In this document: positions 10,589-18,805 of the stretch, piece after piece
Layout: the number at the start of each line of letters is the position of its first letter
Position numbering within the stretch: the stretch's first letter is position 1
IMG/VR virus record: IMGVR_UViG_2548876945_000012
Strand: one strand, 5' to 3'
Source: a virus
Lineage: Duplodnaviria; Heunggongvirae; Uroviricota; Caudoviricetes
Length of the DNA stretch: 24,914 nucleotides
The notes under the pieces: generated by a model
What the model saw: the letters and a program-made list of their open reading frames with translations, nothing else
Databases searched by the model: none
Told to the model about the DNA's origin: nothing
Position numbers and translations under genes: made by a program

Positions 10589-10869
10589 TAGTGCCTCAGA
10601 TGATCAACCAAACGTGCAACGTTGCCTCTGACGGCCACCAGCACGGAAAGAAAAATAGTATTCGCCACGATAATGAGCCATGAGGAGTGAGGATAAATCC
10701 CACAGAGATAGGCCAACGGAACAGCACTGTATGTAACAGTAATCAGCCAGGCTAAACGTGAAACCCAAGGACGATGCCGCGAATCACCACGACGATAAAA
10801 CATCAGAGTAATAACAACACAAGCACATAACAGCGCATTAATAGTTGCTGTCGGGTCATTTAGCTCCAC
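10588..10869 (-). CDS. Holin-like small membrane protein
   Basis: 93-aa hydrophobic protein with 2-3 TM helices directly upstream of the endolysin; GTG start at 10869 with GGGAGG 5 nt upstream. Confidence 0.5.
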   Translation of the reverse strand: MELNDPTATINALLCACVVITLMFYRRGDSRHRPWVSRLAWLITVTYSAVPLAYLCGIYPHSSWLIIVANTIFLSVLVAVRGNVARLVDHLRH

Positions 10870-11242
10870 CTGAACCTCCCCGGCGCGTTATGAGCGCCAC
10901 CAGCGAGCCGATATCCTGATTATTCAGGAACGTCAGGATTTTAACGGCTAAAGCAGAGACGATTACGGCACCAATAGCATCCAGAGGTTTATCACTGTAT
11001 CCGGTCAAGTTTGCCAGCTTGGAGCCAACCAACCCAGAGCAAAGGATCCCAGCAATATATGACACGATAAAATATGCCAGTCGACGCGATGCACTCAGAT
11101 CTGCTGCTGTTGCTATATAGAATACAGCCCCTGCAAATGCGCCAAATACAACGCCGTAATCAGTTCCGGTCAGCAGTCCATAAATACTAGCGCCCGTTAG
11201 GGCTCCACCAGCTAACCCTGTGCCGGAAATCGGATCGGACAT
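10856..11242 (-). CDS. Holin-like membrane protein (Gly/Ala-rich TM helices)
   Basis: ATG at 11242..11240 (MSDPISGTG...) preceded by AAGAGGTGG; 128 aa; overlaps the next holin-like gene by 14 nt. Confidence 0.5.
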   Translation of the reverse strand: MSDPISGTGLAGGALTGASIYGLLTGTDYGVVFGAFAGAVFYIATAADLSASRRLAYFIVSYIAGILCSGLVGSKLANLTGYSDKPLDAIGAVIVSALAVKILTFLNNQDIGSLVALITRRGGSGGAK

Positions 11243-11350
11243 TAGCCACCTCTTATTGCAGTGAGTCCTCTCAGAAATAGAAATGAGAGGAATAAAAAAG
11301 GCCACCATTTGGCAGCCATAGAATTGATGTAATTATAACTAATTCATTAA

Positions 11351-12157
11351 CTATTTCTTAATGATGCTATTTAACATTTCTAATGCAAAAAGCAACATGG
11401 AGCTAATAAAATATAATATAACCGCACTGGCAATCGCTCCAATTATAGCCTGGACACTCCAGTGAAAGTAATTTTTACCATTAATAACAAACTTAACACT
11501 AGGAAACAAAAAGTCGATAAGCTTAATTATTAATGGAATAGCAAAGCTCCATAAGTTCGAAAACAAAATAAAGATACAAATAAATGATAAAGCAAATGCA
11601 CCATCGATTGATAGTTTTGGCGCCAGTTTTGAGGCTGTCCATAAGCTAAGCAAAAAGCCAACTGTCACACCTGAAATCTGGATACTTAACATAGTCCAAG
11701 CTGTTCTAAAAAATCTAAATTTATTTTTGCACTTGTTAAGTAAATCCTGAATCGTAATCCATAACGAGTCAACCCACTCATTATCTTCCGATGCTACAAT
11801 CATTGTGCTGCTATTTGAATTCCTCTCATCAATTCGTAGCTCCATCCAAGATCCATTCATCCTGTTAGACTGTCGACTTTGATAAGTTTCAATAGTAAAA
11901 ATTATTTGATCAATCCTAGTGGCCTGTCTAAAGTATTTCACAAGCTCACCGATAGAATCAACTTTATATCCCTTACCATCGAACAAAATAAAAAAAACAC
12001 ATTGAGCACAAACTTCCCTACTTTCCTTTTGAGCTTGCTCATTCATTTTAACGCAGCGTTCGACAATTGCCGTGCTTAAGCTAATCAAGCTATCTTCATT
12101 TATAGAAACACCTGAAATATTCTTGCTTCTGTAAAAATATGACACTTTCGATTCCAC
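11351..12157 (-). CDS. Hypothetical protein: soluble N-terminal domain (~150 aa) plus three C-terminal TM helices; accessory (moron) gene
   Basis: 268-aa ORF in an AT-rich island; first codon is GTG (internal ATG at codon 38 is an alternative start). Hydrophobic segments near aa 165-185, 195-220 and 240-265. No family recognised. Confidence 0.5.
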   Translation of the reverse strand: MESKVSYFYRSKNISGVSINEDSLISLSTAIVERCVKMNEQAQKESREVCAQCVFFILFDGKGYKVDSIGELVKYFRQATRIDQIIFTIETYQSRQSNRMNGSWMELRIDERNSNSSTMIVASEDNEWVDSLWITIQDLLNKCKNKFRFFRTAWTMLSIQISGVTVGFLLSLWTASKLAPKLSIDGAFALSFICIFILFSNLWSFAIPLIIKLIDFLFPSVKFVINGKNYFHWSVQAIIGAIASAVILYFISSMLLFALEMLNSIIKK

Positions 12158-12322
12158 TCCGCACCAGTCTCGATTTAGCGCAGGTTAACATAACCACTTC
12201 ATTGGTAGAAGAAAAGAACTCTTCTTGTCAGAAAGCTACTGTGATATCCCTAAACCTGCAGATGATACAGAACAAAATTTAAGCATCAATTGTAGGCGAT
12301 TTTAAATTCACTTTACAGTTTA

Positions 12323-12340
12323 GGCTGCCAATTGGCAGCC
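12323..12340. promoter_or_regulatory. Perfect 18-bp palindrome GGCTGCCAATTGGCAGCC between the two moron genes
   Basis: Read directly; lies 15 nt past the stop of the 89-aa gene and upstream of the 268-aa gene; no U-run follows on either strand. Confidence 0.4.
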
Positions 12341-12354
12341 GATTGAAGCAGAAA

Positions 12355-12624
12355 TCAATGAGTGCTCATCGATGAATTTTTTTCAGCGCCAATCTCACTC
12401 AAAAAAGCAAAACCTTTTGACGTTATCTCATTAGCAATCAATCCACCTTCGGCAGATTTGCTTCGTATAACATCGATAAAACCTATATCAGCAAGATCTG
12501 AAATAGCAAAATTAACCTCTTTTGCTGAGAGATGAGGTAATGATGCAGCCTGAATTCTAGAATCCTTTGGCTGCAATTCATTCACTCGACGTAGTATTTC
12601 AAGATGGATAGAGGTCAGTTTCAT
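12355..12624 (-). CDS. Hypothetical small protein, possibly winged-helix DNA-binding
   Basis: 89 aa; ATG at 12624..12622 with AGGAG 6 nt upstream; helix / helix / beta-hairpin pattern by eye; AT-rich; followed by an 18-bp perfect palindrome. Confidence 0.5.
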   Translation of the reverse strand: MKLTSIHLEILRRVNELQPKDSRIQAASLPHLSAKEVNFAISDLADIGFIDVIRSKSAEGGLIANEITSKGFAFLSEIGAEKNSSMSTH

Positions 12625-12707
12625 AATGTTCTCCTGTTTTTAATGTTGTTTTACAGAAAACATTATAACACATTGATTTTGATGTAGATTGAATAGAAAA
12701 AAACCAT

Positions 12708-12730
12708 AAAAAAACCTCGCAATAGCGAGG
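12708..12730 (-). terminator. Intrinsic terminator downstream of Q (tR'-like)
   Basis: Minus strand reads CCTCGC-tatt-GCGAGG followed by TTTTTTT (plus coordinates 12730..12715 stem, 12714..12708 U-run). Confidence 0.55.
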
Positions 12731-12761
12731 TCGTAAAAATCGTTCAACGATAGATACACAA

Positions 12762-12797
12762 GCCCCATCGTTGAGAAAATCTTATCCATATTTTTTG
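12762..12797 (-). promoter_or_regulatory. Candidate late promoter PR' (sigma70-like) between Q and tR'
   Basis: Minus strand TTGTGT (12797..12792), 17-nt spacer, TAAGAT (12774..12769); both hexamers are weak matches. Position after Q and ~50 nt before the terminator fits the lambdoid PR'-tR' arrangement. Confidence 0.3.
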
Positions 12798-12838
12798 AGA
12801 AACACAAGCATTATGTCGTTATCTTCGGCGAAAATCGC

Positions 12839-13591
12839 TTATCTCGTCACCCTTCTCAATTGTGCTTCAGCGTAAGCTTCCTCCTGCCAGCACTTTGTAA
12901 CCAGTTTATCAATGACATCTGCATATCCTTTGTACCACTGATAATCCGTCAGGTCTGGTACCAGCTTCTGGACATGAAGCCGCGCCAGTGTGGTTGGTAA
13001 ACGGCTAAACCGGTTTCCATTGCAACGCCCACAAATCTTATAAACAGGCGTGCCATGAAGCCGGGTTCTTTTTTCATCCAGGACAATACCTTTACCCTTA
13101 CACCCTCTGCACGCTGTGCTGACTTCTCCCTTACCATGACAATGCTGACATAGTTCCTTCACCCACTCTTCCTTGATAACAGACTCCCCGCTTCTGGAGT
13201 GTTTCACCACTTCGCGCAATACATTATGAAATCCAGTACCAGCACAATGCTCACAGCGAGCCTTACTTGCCGCAGACCTGGAATAATCAGCAAAGGCAAA
13301 ATTCACAAGGTAAGGAATGATCTGTAGCCGGGTTTCTTCACTCAATTTGTTCAATGTCGGGTTATCCAGTGCCATCGCGTAATTGAGCAGACCTTCAATC
13401 GCAAACTGAGGATCCTGAACACCAACTTTTGCCAGGAATAAGGCAAACCCAAGCGGTGCTTTCGACTGCACCATCCCCTGCGCAGCCATCACATCTGTAA
13501 TTGTTAAACCACCCGAGCCTGTCGCCGGTGCGTCATCACTCAATTTTGGAGATTTTGGGGAGTAATATTTTGGTAAGGCTTCAAGGTTCAT
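12839..13591 (-). CDS. Late antiterminator Q
   Basis: ORF 12839..13633 begins with GTG; ATG at 13591 with GGAG upstream gives 250 aa. Cys-rich zinc-binding-like motifs (CEHCAGTG, CQHCHGKG, CRGCKGKG, CGRCNG); position directly upstream of PR'/tR' and the lysis genes. Confidence 0.65.
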   Translation of the reverse strand: MNLEALPKYYSPKSPKLSDDAPATGSGGLTITDVMAAQGMVQSKAPLGFALFLAKVGVQDPQFAIEGLLNYAMALDNPTLNKLSEETRLQIIPYLVNFAFADYSRSAASKARCEHCAGTGFHNVLREVVKHSRSGESVIKEEWVKELCQHCHGKGEVSTACRGCKGKGIVLDEKRTRLHGTPVYKICGRCNGNRFSRLPTTLARLHVQKLVPDLTDYQWYKGYADVIDKLVTKCWQEEAYAEAQLRRVTR

Positions 13592-13604
13592 GCTCGTTCT
13601 CCAC

Positions 13605-14600
13605 TTACGCCAGTACGCCAATTGCCAGCGCACGATCGATAAAACGAAATATCAGCTCCAGCTGGGAGCCATACTTCTCTTCAAATGCCACGGTATCCGC
13701 ATGCAGCTCGTCGTGATGCTTTCTGCACAAAGGCAACACAAAGAGGTCATGCGCTTTTGTACCCATCCCACCCTGACCGTGGCCTATCAAGTGGTGGGGA
13801 TCATCAGCAGGCTTTCCACAACATGCACACGGCTGTGTCTTAACCCAGCGCGTGTACTTTTCATTAACCCAGCGGCGACGTTTTGGGCGTAACATAAAAG
13901 ACTCCGGCGACTCCGGATCCACTTTCAGCGTCAGCACCTTTTTCGCCTTATCCTGGATGATGCTGGTGGCAGGAACCGAAGGCACAAGGTCACTTTCCCG
14001 GGTGACAGACGGCACAACAGGCTTTGGTAATCTCAGTGCCTTACGGGCTGCACTTTCCGGTAAGGCATCCGCCAGGTCATTACGAATCAGCCACCAGCAC
14101 AGTTCCGGCATTGTCACAACGTGACTATCATCAAAACCGAGATCCCGACGCACAACAGACAACACCCAGCGGGCACAGTTATCCGTTGCCATTGATTCCA
14201 GCCGTTCCGTGAACTGATCGCGCAGCTGGTTATCACAGTGCCAGCACAGACGGATTGCGCCCGGAGCGTGTCGCATTGTGGTCATGTTCTCGCTATGCCA
14301 GTCGGAATGAGGCCACTGGCAGCCTTTTTCACGAAGTAACCAGCTTTCAAGACATTCCACGCCACCAGCACGACGGATCACTGCCTCATTGCGGAACACG
14401 GCCCGAACAGCAGGATCATCCGCCAGCGGTTGTGATGCCGCGGGAACGGCACCACTGGCGAAAGATGAATAACGTTCCGGCTCAGGCTCCAGCAGTACAC
14501 GCCCCTGCATAAACAGGGGCATCAGCTCTGAACCTGGTCTGAACAATACGATCCCCATACGCGGGGCTATTTCAGGGGTCAGTAGTGCTCTCACGGTCAC
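13605..14600 (-). CDS. DUF968-like prophage protein (nin region)
   Basis: 331-aa ORF; GTG start at 14600 one nt after the KilA-N stop (alternative ATG at 14558); C-terminal Cys/His cluster (CACCGKPADDPHHLIGHGQGG...CRKHHDELH). Family assignment from memory. Confidence 0.5.
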   Translation of the reverse strand: MTVRALLTPEIAPRMGIVLFRPGSELMPLFMQGRVLLEPEPERYSSFASGAVPAASQPLADDPAVRAVFRNEAVIRRAGGVECLESWLLREKGCQWPHSDWHSENMTTMRHAPGAIRLCWHCDNQLRDQFTERLESMATDNCARWVLSVVRRDLGFDDSHVVTMPELCWWLIRNDLADALPESAARKALRLPKPVVPSVTRESDLVPSVPATSIIQDKAKKVLTLKVDPESPESFMLRPKRRRWVNEKYTRWVKTQPCACCGKPADDPHHLIGHGQGGMGTKAHDLFVLPLCRKHHDELHADTVAFEEKYGSQLELIFRFIDRALAIGVLA

Positions 14601-14601
14601 C

Positions 14602-15411
14602 TCAATGAACGGTATCGAGCAACTTTAACAGCTCAGGGAATCGGGATTCGAAGAAATGCGGCTGCGTCTCACGCGGATTTGCGGGACTGGTGATGTTCTT
14701 GCCGAACATGCAGCCTTTCGCCGTCAGCGACCAGAATTTTTTGATGTTGTTAATCGCGGTACGGCTGTATCGTTCGCGCTGCTCGACGATCCCCAGCTTC
14801 GCCATCTGGTGATATGCCTGATTAGCCGTAAGGCGGATACCATACTGTTTCAGCAGTGCACTCAGCGACAGTGTCGGGCGGCTTGAGCCATCAGGCGCGT
14901 CAGCAGGAGCATCAATGGCATAGCGCGGTGCCAGATTCGGTAAGCCAACAGCCTCCTGGAGTTTCTGACAGGCCCCAAGCACTGAAGAGTTAGACAGGTT
15001 TAACTCCCTGCGCATAAAGTCCAGCAGAATCACTCCAGCCTGCATCTTGTCAGCAGCCTGCCCGGATAATTTTTCCGGTACGCTGGTTACCATATCGAAA
15101 GTACGGATCACCTTCAGATGGAATGACGGGCTGATCCACATTGCATAGGCATACACCAGTTCCTTGCAGACATAAGTTCCCCGTTCATTTCCCCCATGAA
15201 TCACACTCACCGGGTCAACACCCAAATTCTGGGTGTTGGTCAATTCATGAACAAGTTCAACAGTTTGTTGGCTGGAAAGAAACTTTCCTGGCTCCTTGGT
15301 TCTGGCATTTGCACCAGATGCTACTGCTGCGCGATGCAGATCGTTCAGGCTGTAACGCCCATAAGCATCACGACGAACTTCAATACCATCAATGACCATC
15401 AGATTATTCAT
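14602..15411 (-). CDS. KilA-N domain protein
   Basis: 269 aa; ATG at 15411 with AGGAG upstream; N-terminal ~100 aa resemble the KilA-N DNA-binding domain. Confidence 0.6.
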   Translation of the reverse strand: MNNLMVIDGIEVRRDAYGRYSLNDLHRAAVASGANARTKEPGKFLSSQQTVELVHELTNTQNLGVDPVSVIHGGNERGTYVCKELVYAYAMWISPSFHLKVIRTFDMVTSVPEKLSGQAADKMQAGVILLDFMRRELNLSNSSVLGACQKLQEAVGLPNLAPRYAIDAPADAPDGSSRPTLSLSALLKQYGIRLTANQAYHQMAKLGIVEQRERYSRTAINNIKKFWSLTAKGCMFGKNITSPANPRETQPHFFESRFPELLKLLDTVH

Positions 15412-15430
15412 ACTTCGTTTCTCCTCTTAA

Positions 15431-15820
15431 TCAGGCGGCTGCACCCGCCGTTTTCTCGTACTTACTGATAGTGATCTCGACCTTCCCTTCCGGGACAACC
15501 GGTCCCCACTCCACCAGCATTCTTTTCACCTGACTGTCGTCTTCCCACACACCCGCGTGGGTCAGGGCGTCAAACAGCGCCTTGTTATAGTTGTCCAGAT
15601 CGCGGATCCGGTTATCCGGTGGAAACAACACGATCTCCACTGCAGCAGGTGCCGACGTTGGTTTCGGCAGACGACGTAACTGCTCAACTATTGCTGCGCA
15701 CGCCGCGCTCTGGAATTTTCGCCCCGCCGCGCTTATCAGGCTCTTACCAGCAAACGCCCCTTTGTTGGGGTGTCGCCAGTACGTGTTGACGCTGGGCGGA
15801 AAAGGCAGAATAAGCTTCAT
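15431..15820 (-). CDS. rusA: Holliday junction resolvase RusA
   Basis: 129 aa, typical RusA length and sequence (conserved acidic residues, RIRDLDNYNKALFDALTHAGVWEDDSQV); ATGA overlap with the upstream gene. Confidence 0.8.
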   Translation of the reverse strand: MKLILPFPPSVNTYWRHPNKGAFAGKSLISAAGRKFQSAACAAIVEQLRRLPKPTSAPAAVEIVLFPPDNRIRDLDNYNKALFDALTHAGVWEDDSQVKRMLVEWGPVVPEGKVEITISKYEKTAGAAA

Positions 15821-16143
15821 ACTTTCAGGCCCCTCTCATGTAACCAGTGGGCTGCACGCAGCCTGGCGTTTTCCTCACCGGCAAGCAGTGAGCGGATAAT
15901 CCCGACCGCCTCGCTGTCGTCGTCCTTCACCGCGGTATGAAGCGTTATCCCCCGGGCCACGCCACGCTTTATCGTGATGACGCCTTTTTTCTCCAGCGCA
16001 CGAAGATGCTCCACCGCTGCATTCACCGAACGGTATCCCAGCATGGTTGCCACCTCCTGATTGGTTGGCGGGAAGCCACGTTCTTTCTGATAAGAAATCA
16101 GCATATCCAGCACCTGCTGCTGGCATTGAGTTAACGTCGTCAT
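15817..16143 (-). CDS. LexA N-terminal DNA-binding-domain-like protein (no peptidase domain)
   Basis: ATG at 16143 (MTTLTQCQQQVLDML...), 108 aa; winged-helix resembling the LexA DNA-binding domain; translationally coupled (TAATG) to the upstream gene. Confidence 0.5.
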   Translation of the reverse strand: MTTLTQCQQQVLDMLISYQKERGFPPTNQEVATMLGYRSVNAAVEHLRALEKKGVITIKRGVARGITLHTAVKDDDSEAVGIIRSLLAGEENARLRAAHWLHERGLKV

Positions 16144-16631
16144 TAAGCCCCCACGTAATTCCCTGACAGATACCACTCTTCACCCGATGCAGCGCGCTTG
16201 CTGCTTTTCCGTAAGCACCGCTCACGACGCGCCAGAAAATTGTTTCGTTCTAGCTGGGAGTGGCTTTCACGGAATGCCGCCATCCACACGGTTGCAGCAC
16301 GACGAAATAAGCCCCTGGACTCCAGTTCTTCCGCCTGGCGGGCCAGGCACAAAATCACCCGCGGGTCGTTAGTGCCGACATAGAAATTGCGCACAGGTCT
16401 GGTTTCACGAACTGGTTGCCGTTCCGCCTCCGGCGATATCTTTGTCTGGCGCGGGAAATGTCTGCGTGTATCCCCTTCACAACGGTGAGCCACACGCCCA
16501 CTATGACGTAACTTGCTTGCTGACTGCAGAACGCGCTGCCGTGAGTAACCTGCAAAAGCATCCGCAATGTCTCCGGAAGTACACCCCGGATGGGCTTCAA
16601 TGAATTTCTGAACTTCATTCAAAAGACTCAT
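16143..16631 (-). CDS. Hypothetical regulator-like protein (C-terminus resembles PerC-family small regulators)
   Basis: ATG at 16631 a few nt after the O stop; 162 aa; C-terminal LFRRAATVWMAAF...RRERCLRK resembles PerC-like proteins as I recall them. Confidence 0.35.
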   Translation of the reverse strand: MSLLNEVQKFIEAHPGCTSGDIADAFAGYSRQRVLQSASKLRHSGRVAHRCEGDTRRHFPRQTKISPEAERQPVRETRPVRNFYVGTNDPRVILCLARQAEELESRGLFRRAATVWMAAFRESHSQLERNNFLARRERCLRKSSKRAASGEEWYLSGNYVGA

Positions 16632-16633
16632 AA

Positions 16634-17575
16634 TCACCCCCTGAATCCTGCCGGGATCTGGCTGTAGTCCACGTTGTCGTAACTGGATTTGAAGTACGGG
16701 TCTTCGCGTTTTTCGGTGTACGTGCTGACGGACGGCGATAAGCGCAGGGAAAGCTCATCCCATTTTTCCCGCAGCTTCGACGGGCTGAGCACGTTACGGC
16801 ACCAGAACGGATCGCGGCTGACGCGGCTGTACATCTCGCAGATTTGTTTATGAGTACGACCATCCTGCACACACATCAGGCGAATTTCGTTTGCCCATGC
16901 TGTCCAGTTCGGTTCTTTGGGACGAACCACCTCGCCGTCACATTCGGCGGCCTGCTCGTACAGGGCAATGATTTTTTTCCAGAGCCACTGTGCACAGGTC
17001 AAATCATCCTGCGTTCCCCACTGGCGCTTTTTAGGGCTGAATACAACCGCATCAGGATGGCGAGTTAAAAAATCCTGTTCAGCCGTCTGCGTGTCCGGTT
17101 GCGAAGCGTCCGGACGAGAAGTTTTTTTATCTGACGGATCATGTTTTGATTTTACTGACGGATCCCCGCCAGATTCTGACGGGTGAAAACCCGCTTTTTT
17201 GCCAGATTTCGACGCATCAAATTTTGACGGGTCAGATTTTGATGCGTCAGATTTTGACGGGTCAGAATCTGACAGTTGAGAAAATGCCGCAGCCTGAAGC
17301 TTCGCAACGTTAAGCTGATAAACATTCGACGCATTGCGGTTACCCTGGCGACGCGCCTTACGCGTTAACCAGCCTTCTGCTTCCAGCCGTGCGATAGCCG
17401 TTCTGACGGTACTCATCCCCGCGCCAATCTGGCGGGCAATGGTTTCAATTGATGGCCAGCACACACCTTCGTCATTACTGAAATCAGCCAGGCGGGCCAT
17501 AATTGCCACGCTGGATAATTTCATGCCTGACGCAGCGCAACCATCCCATACATAGCCGGTTAATTTAGTGCTCAT
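16634..17575 (-). CDS. Replication initiator (lambda O-like), with intragenic iterons
   Basis: 313 aa; N-terminal HTH-like region; central low-complexity DPSKSD/DASKSD repeats encoded by tandem ~15-nt DNA repeats; ATG at 17575 preceded by GAGGT. Confidence 0.6.
   Translation of the reverse strand: MSTKLTGYVWDGCAASGMKLSSVAIMARLADFSNDEGVCWPSIETIARQIGAGMSTVRTAIARLEAEGWLTRKARRQGNRNASNVYQLNVAKLQAAAFSQLSDSDPSKSDASKSDPSKFDASKSGKKAGFHPSESGGDPSVKSKHDPSDKKTSRPDASQPDTQTAEQDFLTRHPDAVVFSPKKRQWGTQDDLTCAQWLWKKIIALYEQAAECDGEVVRPKEPNWTAWANEIRLMCVQDGRTHKQICEMYSRVSRDPFWCRNVLSPSKLREKWDELSLRLSPSVSTYTEKREDPYFKSSYDNVDYSQIPAGFRG
17131..17278. repeat. Iteron array (candidate replication origin) inside the O-like gene
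   Basis: About 7-8 copies of a ~15-nt unit related to ATTTTGACGGGTCAG (e.g. attttgacgggtcag / attttgatgcgtcag / attttgacgggtcag in 17221..17265), flanked by an A/T run (gtttttttat) at 17121..17130. Confidence 0.5.
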
Positions 17576-17584
17576 GACCGACCT

Positions 17585-17923
17585 CTATTTCCCTGAATTT
17601 ACGACGAAACTGTTCGAACGGGCTGAAGCACTCATGCTCATAGCCTTCACGGAGGTAGATAACCCGTTGTGTTTCCGGCTCCCAACGAATGACTCTGACG
17701 GGTACTCCGTAGTGATCTTTGAACCAGCGGTTAACTTGTCGCAAAGGACTGTCTCCTTCTGCCGGTTGAAATCACCCACAGCCCACTCTGCAAAGCTGTG
17801 GGTTACAATTTCCCTGTCACCTAGTACATTTACTGCATAGCAATACTCCACCTTCGCTTTTCCACCCGGTACAGGAAGCGCAATCAGTTGCGAGCGACGG
17901 TAGTGTGTTGTTAAACTGTTCAT
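17585..17923 (-). CDS. Hypothetical small protein between the cII-position gene and O; reading frame uncertain
   Basis: ATG at 17923 overlaps the upstream stop (ATGA). The C-terminal half of this frame is Ser-rich and low-complexity, while the +1 frame (17565..17744, possible TTG start after AGGAG) encodes a more protein-like 59-aa sequence whose stop overlaps the O start. Confidence 0.35.
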   Translation of the reverse strand: MNSLTTHYRRSQLIALPVPGGKAKVEYCYAVNVLGDREIVTHSFAEWAVGDFNRQKETVLCDKLTAGSKITTEYPSESFVGSRKHNGLSTSVKAMSMSASARSNSFVVNSGK

Positions 17924-18483
17924 GCGTTAGTTTCTCCACAGTCACGACACGCCACGGCGCCCGGAGCTGCACACTCGCGGGCGTCATTACTTTCTGAAAT
18001 GCAAAAAATTTTGTAGACCAGTGCTGCATGCTCCTGCAGCTTCGAAATTGAGAGGTACAGCTCGTCGTTAATTGCTGTCTTCTCATGCGGTTCCACTACA
18101 CCGTCTTCAATTGCTGAACGAATCTGTTTTGAATAACTGCCGATCTGTTCAATGACTTCCAGCAGACGCTGGTTAATATCGGCGTTATCCACATCCTCGA
18201 CGTCAGGAAGAGACACAAATACGCCATTTGCAGACTGCGCCACAGCATCAGCAATGAAGTGAGTGCCACCAGCACGCTGTAAAACCATTGCCCATCCCAG
18301 CGGAAAAATCTGATCGCCATCTGCACGAAGGCGGTTGAATAAAGCGTTCTCTGTTACATCCAGCCAGTCAGCGGCTTCAGCGTAACCACCCGGCAACGCC
18401 GCGATAGTTTTTCTGACAGCTTTCACGTACCACTCAGGCTGTTTTTCTATTTTCCAGTGATGCTTACCCACGATTAGCCTCAT
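17920..18483 (-). CDS. cII-position early protein (possibly YdaT-like)
   Basis: 187-aa ORF, ATG at 18483, immediately downstream of cro; the YdaT-like assignment is a weak recollection. Confidence 0.4.
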   Translation of the reverse strand: MRLIVGKHHWKIEKQPEWYVKAVRKTIAALPGGYAEAADWLDVTENALFNRLRADGDQIFPLGWAMVLQRAGGTHFIADAVAQSANGVFVSLPDVEDVDNADINQRLLEVIEQIGSYSKQIRSAIEDGVVEPHEKTAINDELYLSISKLQEHAALVYKIFCISESNDARECAAPGAVACRDCGETNA

Positions 18484-18514
18484 CGTTCTGTGGTTAAAAA
18501 TTGAAAGTGTTCTG

Positions 18515-18715
18515 CTAATCTTTCGGATAGATATCCGGTCTTAAGTCAGATTTCGTAATTGCACCTGACGTGCATTGCTCAAGTTTTTTAGCCAGCACAA
18601 AACTGGCTTTTTTATAGCCATTGAAAACCAGCCGTAAGTAGCCAGGTGTTGAGCCAACTTTTCCGGCCAACTCGCCCTGCTGTTCTTTGGTTAAAGAGTC
18701 CCAATACGCTTTCAT
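18515..18715 (-). CDS. Cro-like HTH repressor (YdaS-like)
   Basis: ATG at 18715 with GGAGG 9 nt upstream (MKAYWDSLTKEQQGELAGKVGSTPGYLRLV...), 66 aa; HTH-like; divergent from cI. Confidence 0.6.
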   Translation of the reverse strand: MKAYWDSLTKEQQGELAGKVGSTPGYLRLVFNGYKKASFVLAKKLEQCTSGAITKSDLRPDIYPKD

Positions 18716-18730
18716 ACAATATGTACCTCC

Positions 18731-18765
18731 GGTATACATATTACATGATTAAAATGAACCTTCAA
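18731..18765 (-). promoter_or_regulatory. Candidate PR promoter for cro
   Basis: Minus strand TTGAAG (18765..18760), 16-nt spacer, TAATAT (18743..18738). Confidence 0.35.
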
Positions 18766-18769
18766 GATA

Positions 18770-18791
18770 CTTGTACCTTAACGGTACAAGG
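18770..18791. promoter_or_regulatory. Operator-like palindrome CTTGTACC-N6-GGTACAAG between cro and cI
   Basis: 8-bp perfect inverted arms read directly; a related GTACC element recurs at 18721..18739, and a looser GTACC-containing sequence sits near the PL-like promoter (~19549..19553). Confidence 0.45.
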
Positions 18792-18805
18792 GTTTTAATT
18801 TTGTT

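Noticed and set aside
18668-18690. Second boxA-like match (10/12) on the minus strand as a nutR candidate
   Set aside because: It lies inside the cro coding sequence and is imperfect; more likely coincidental with the codons.
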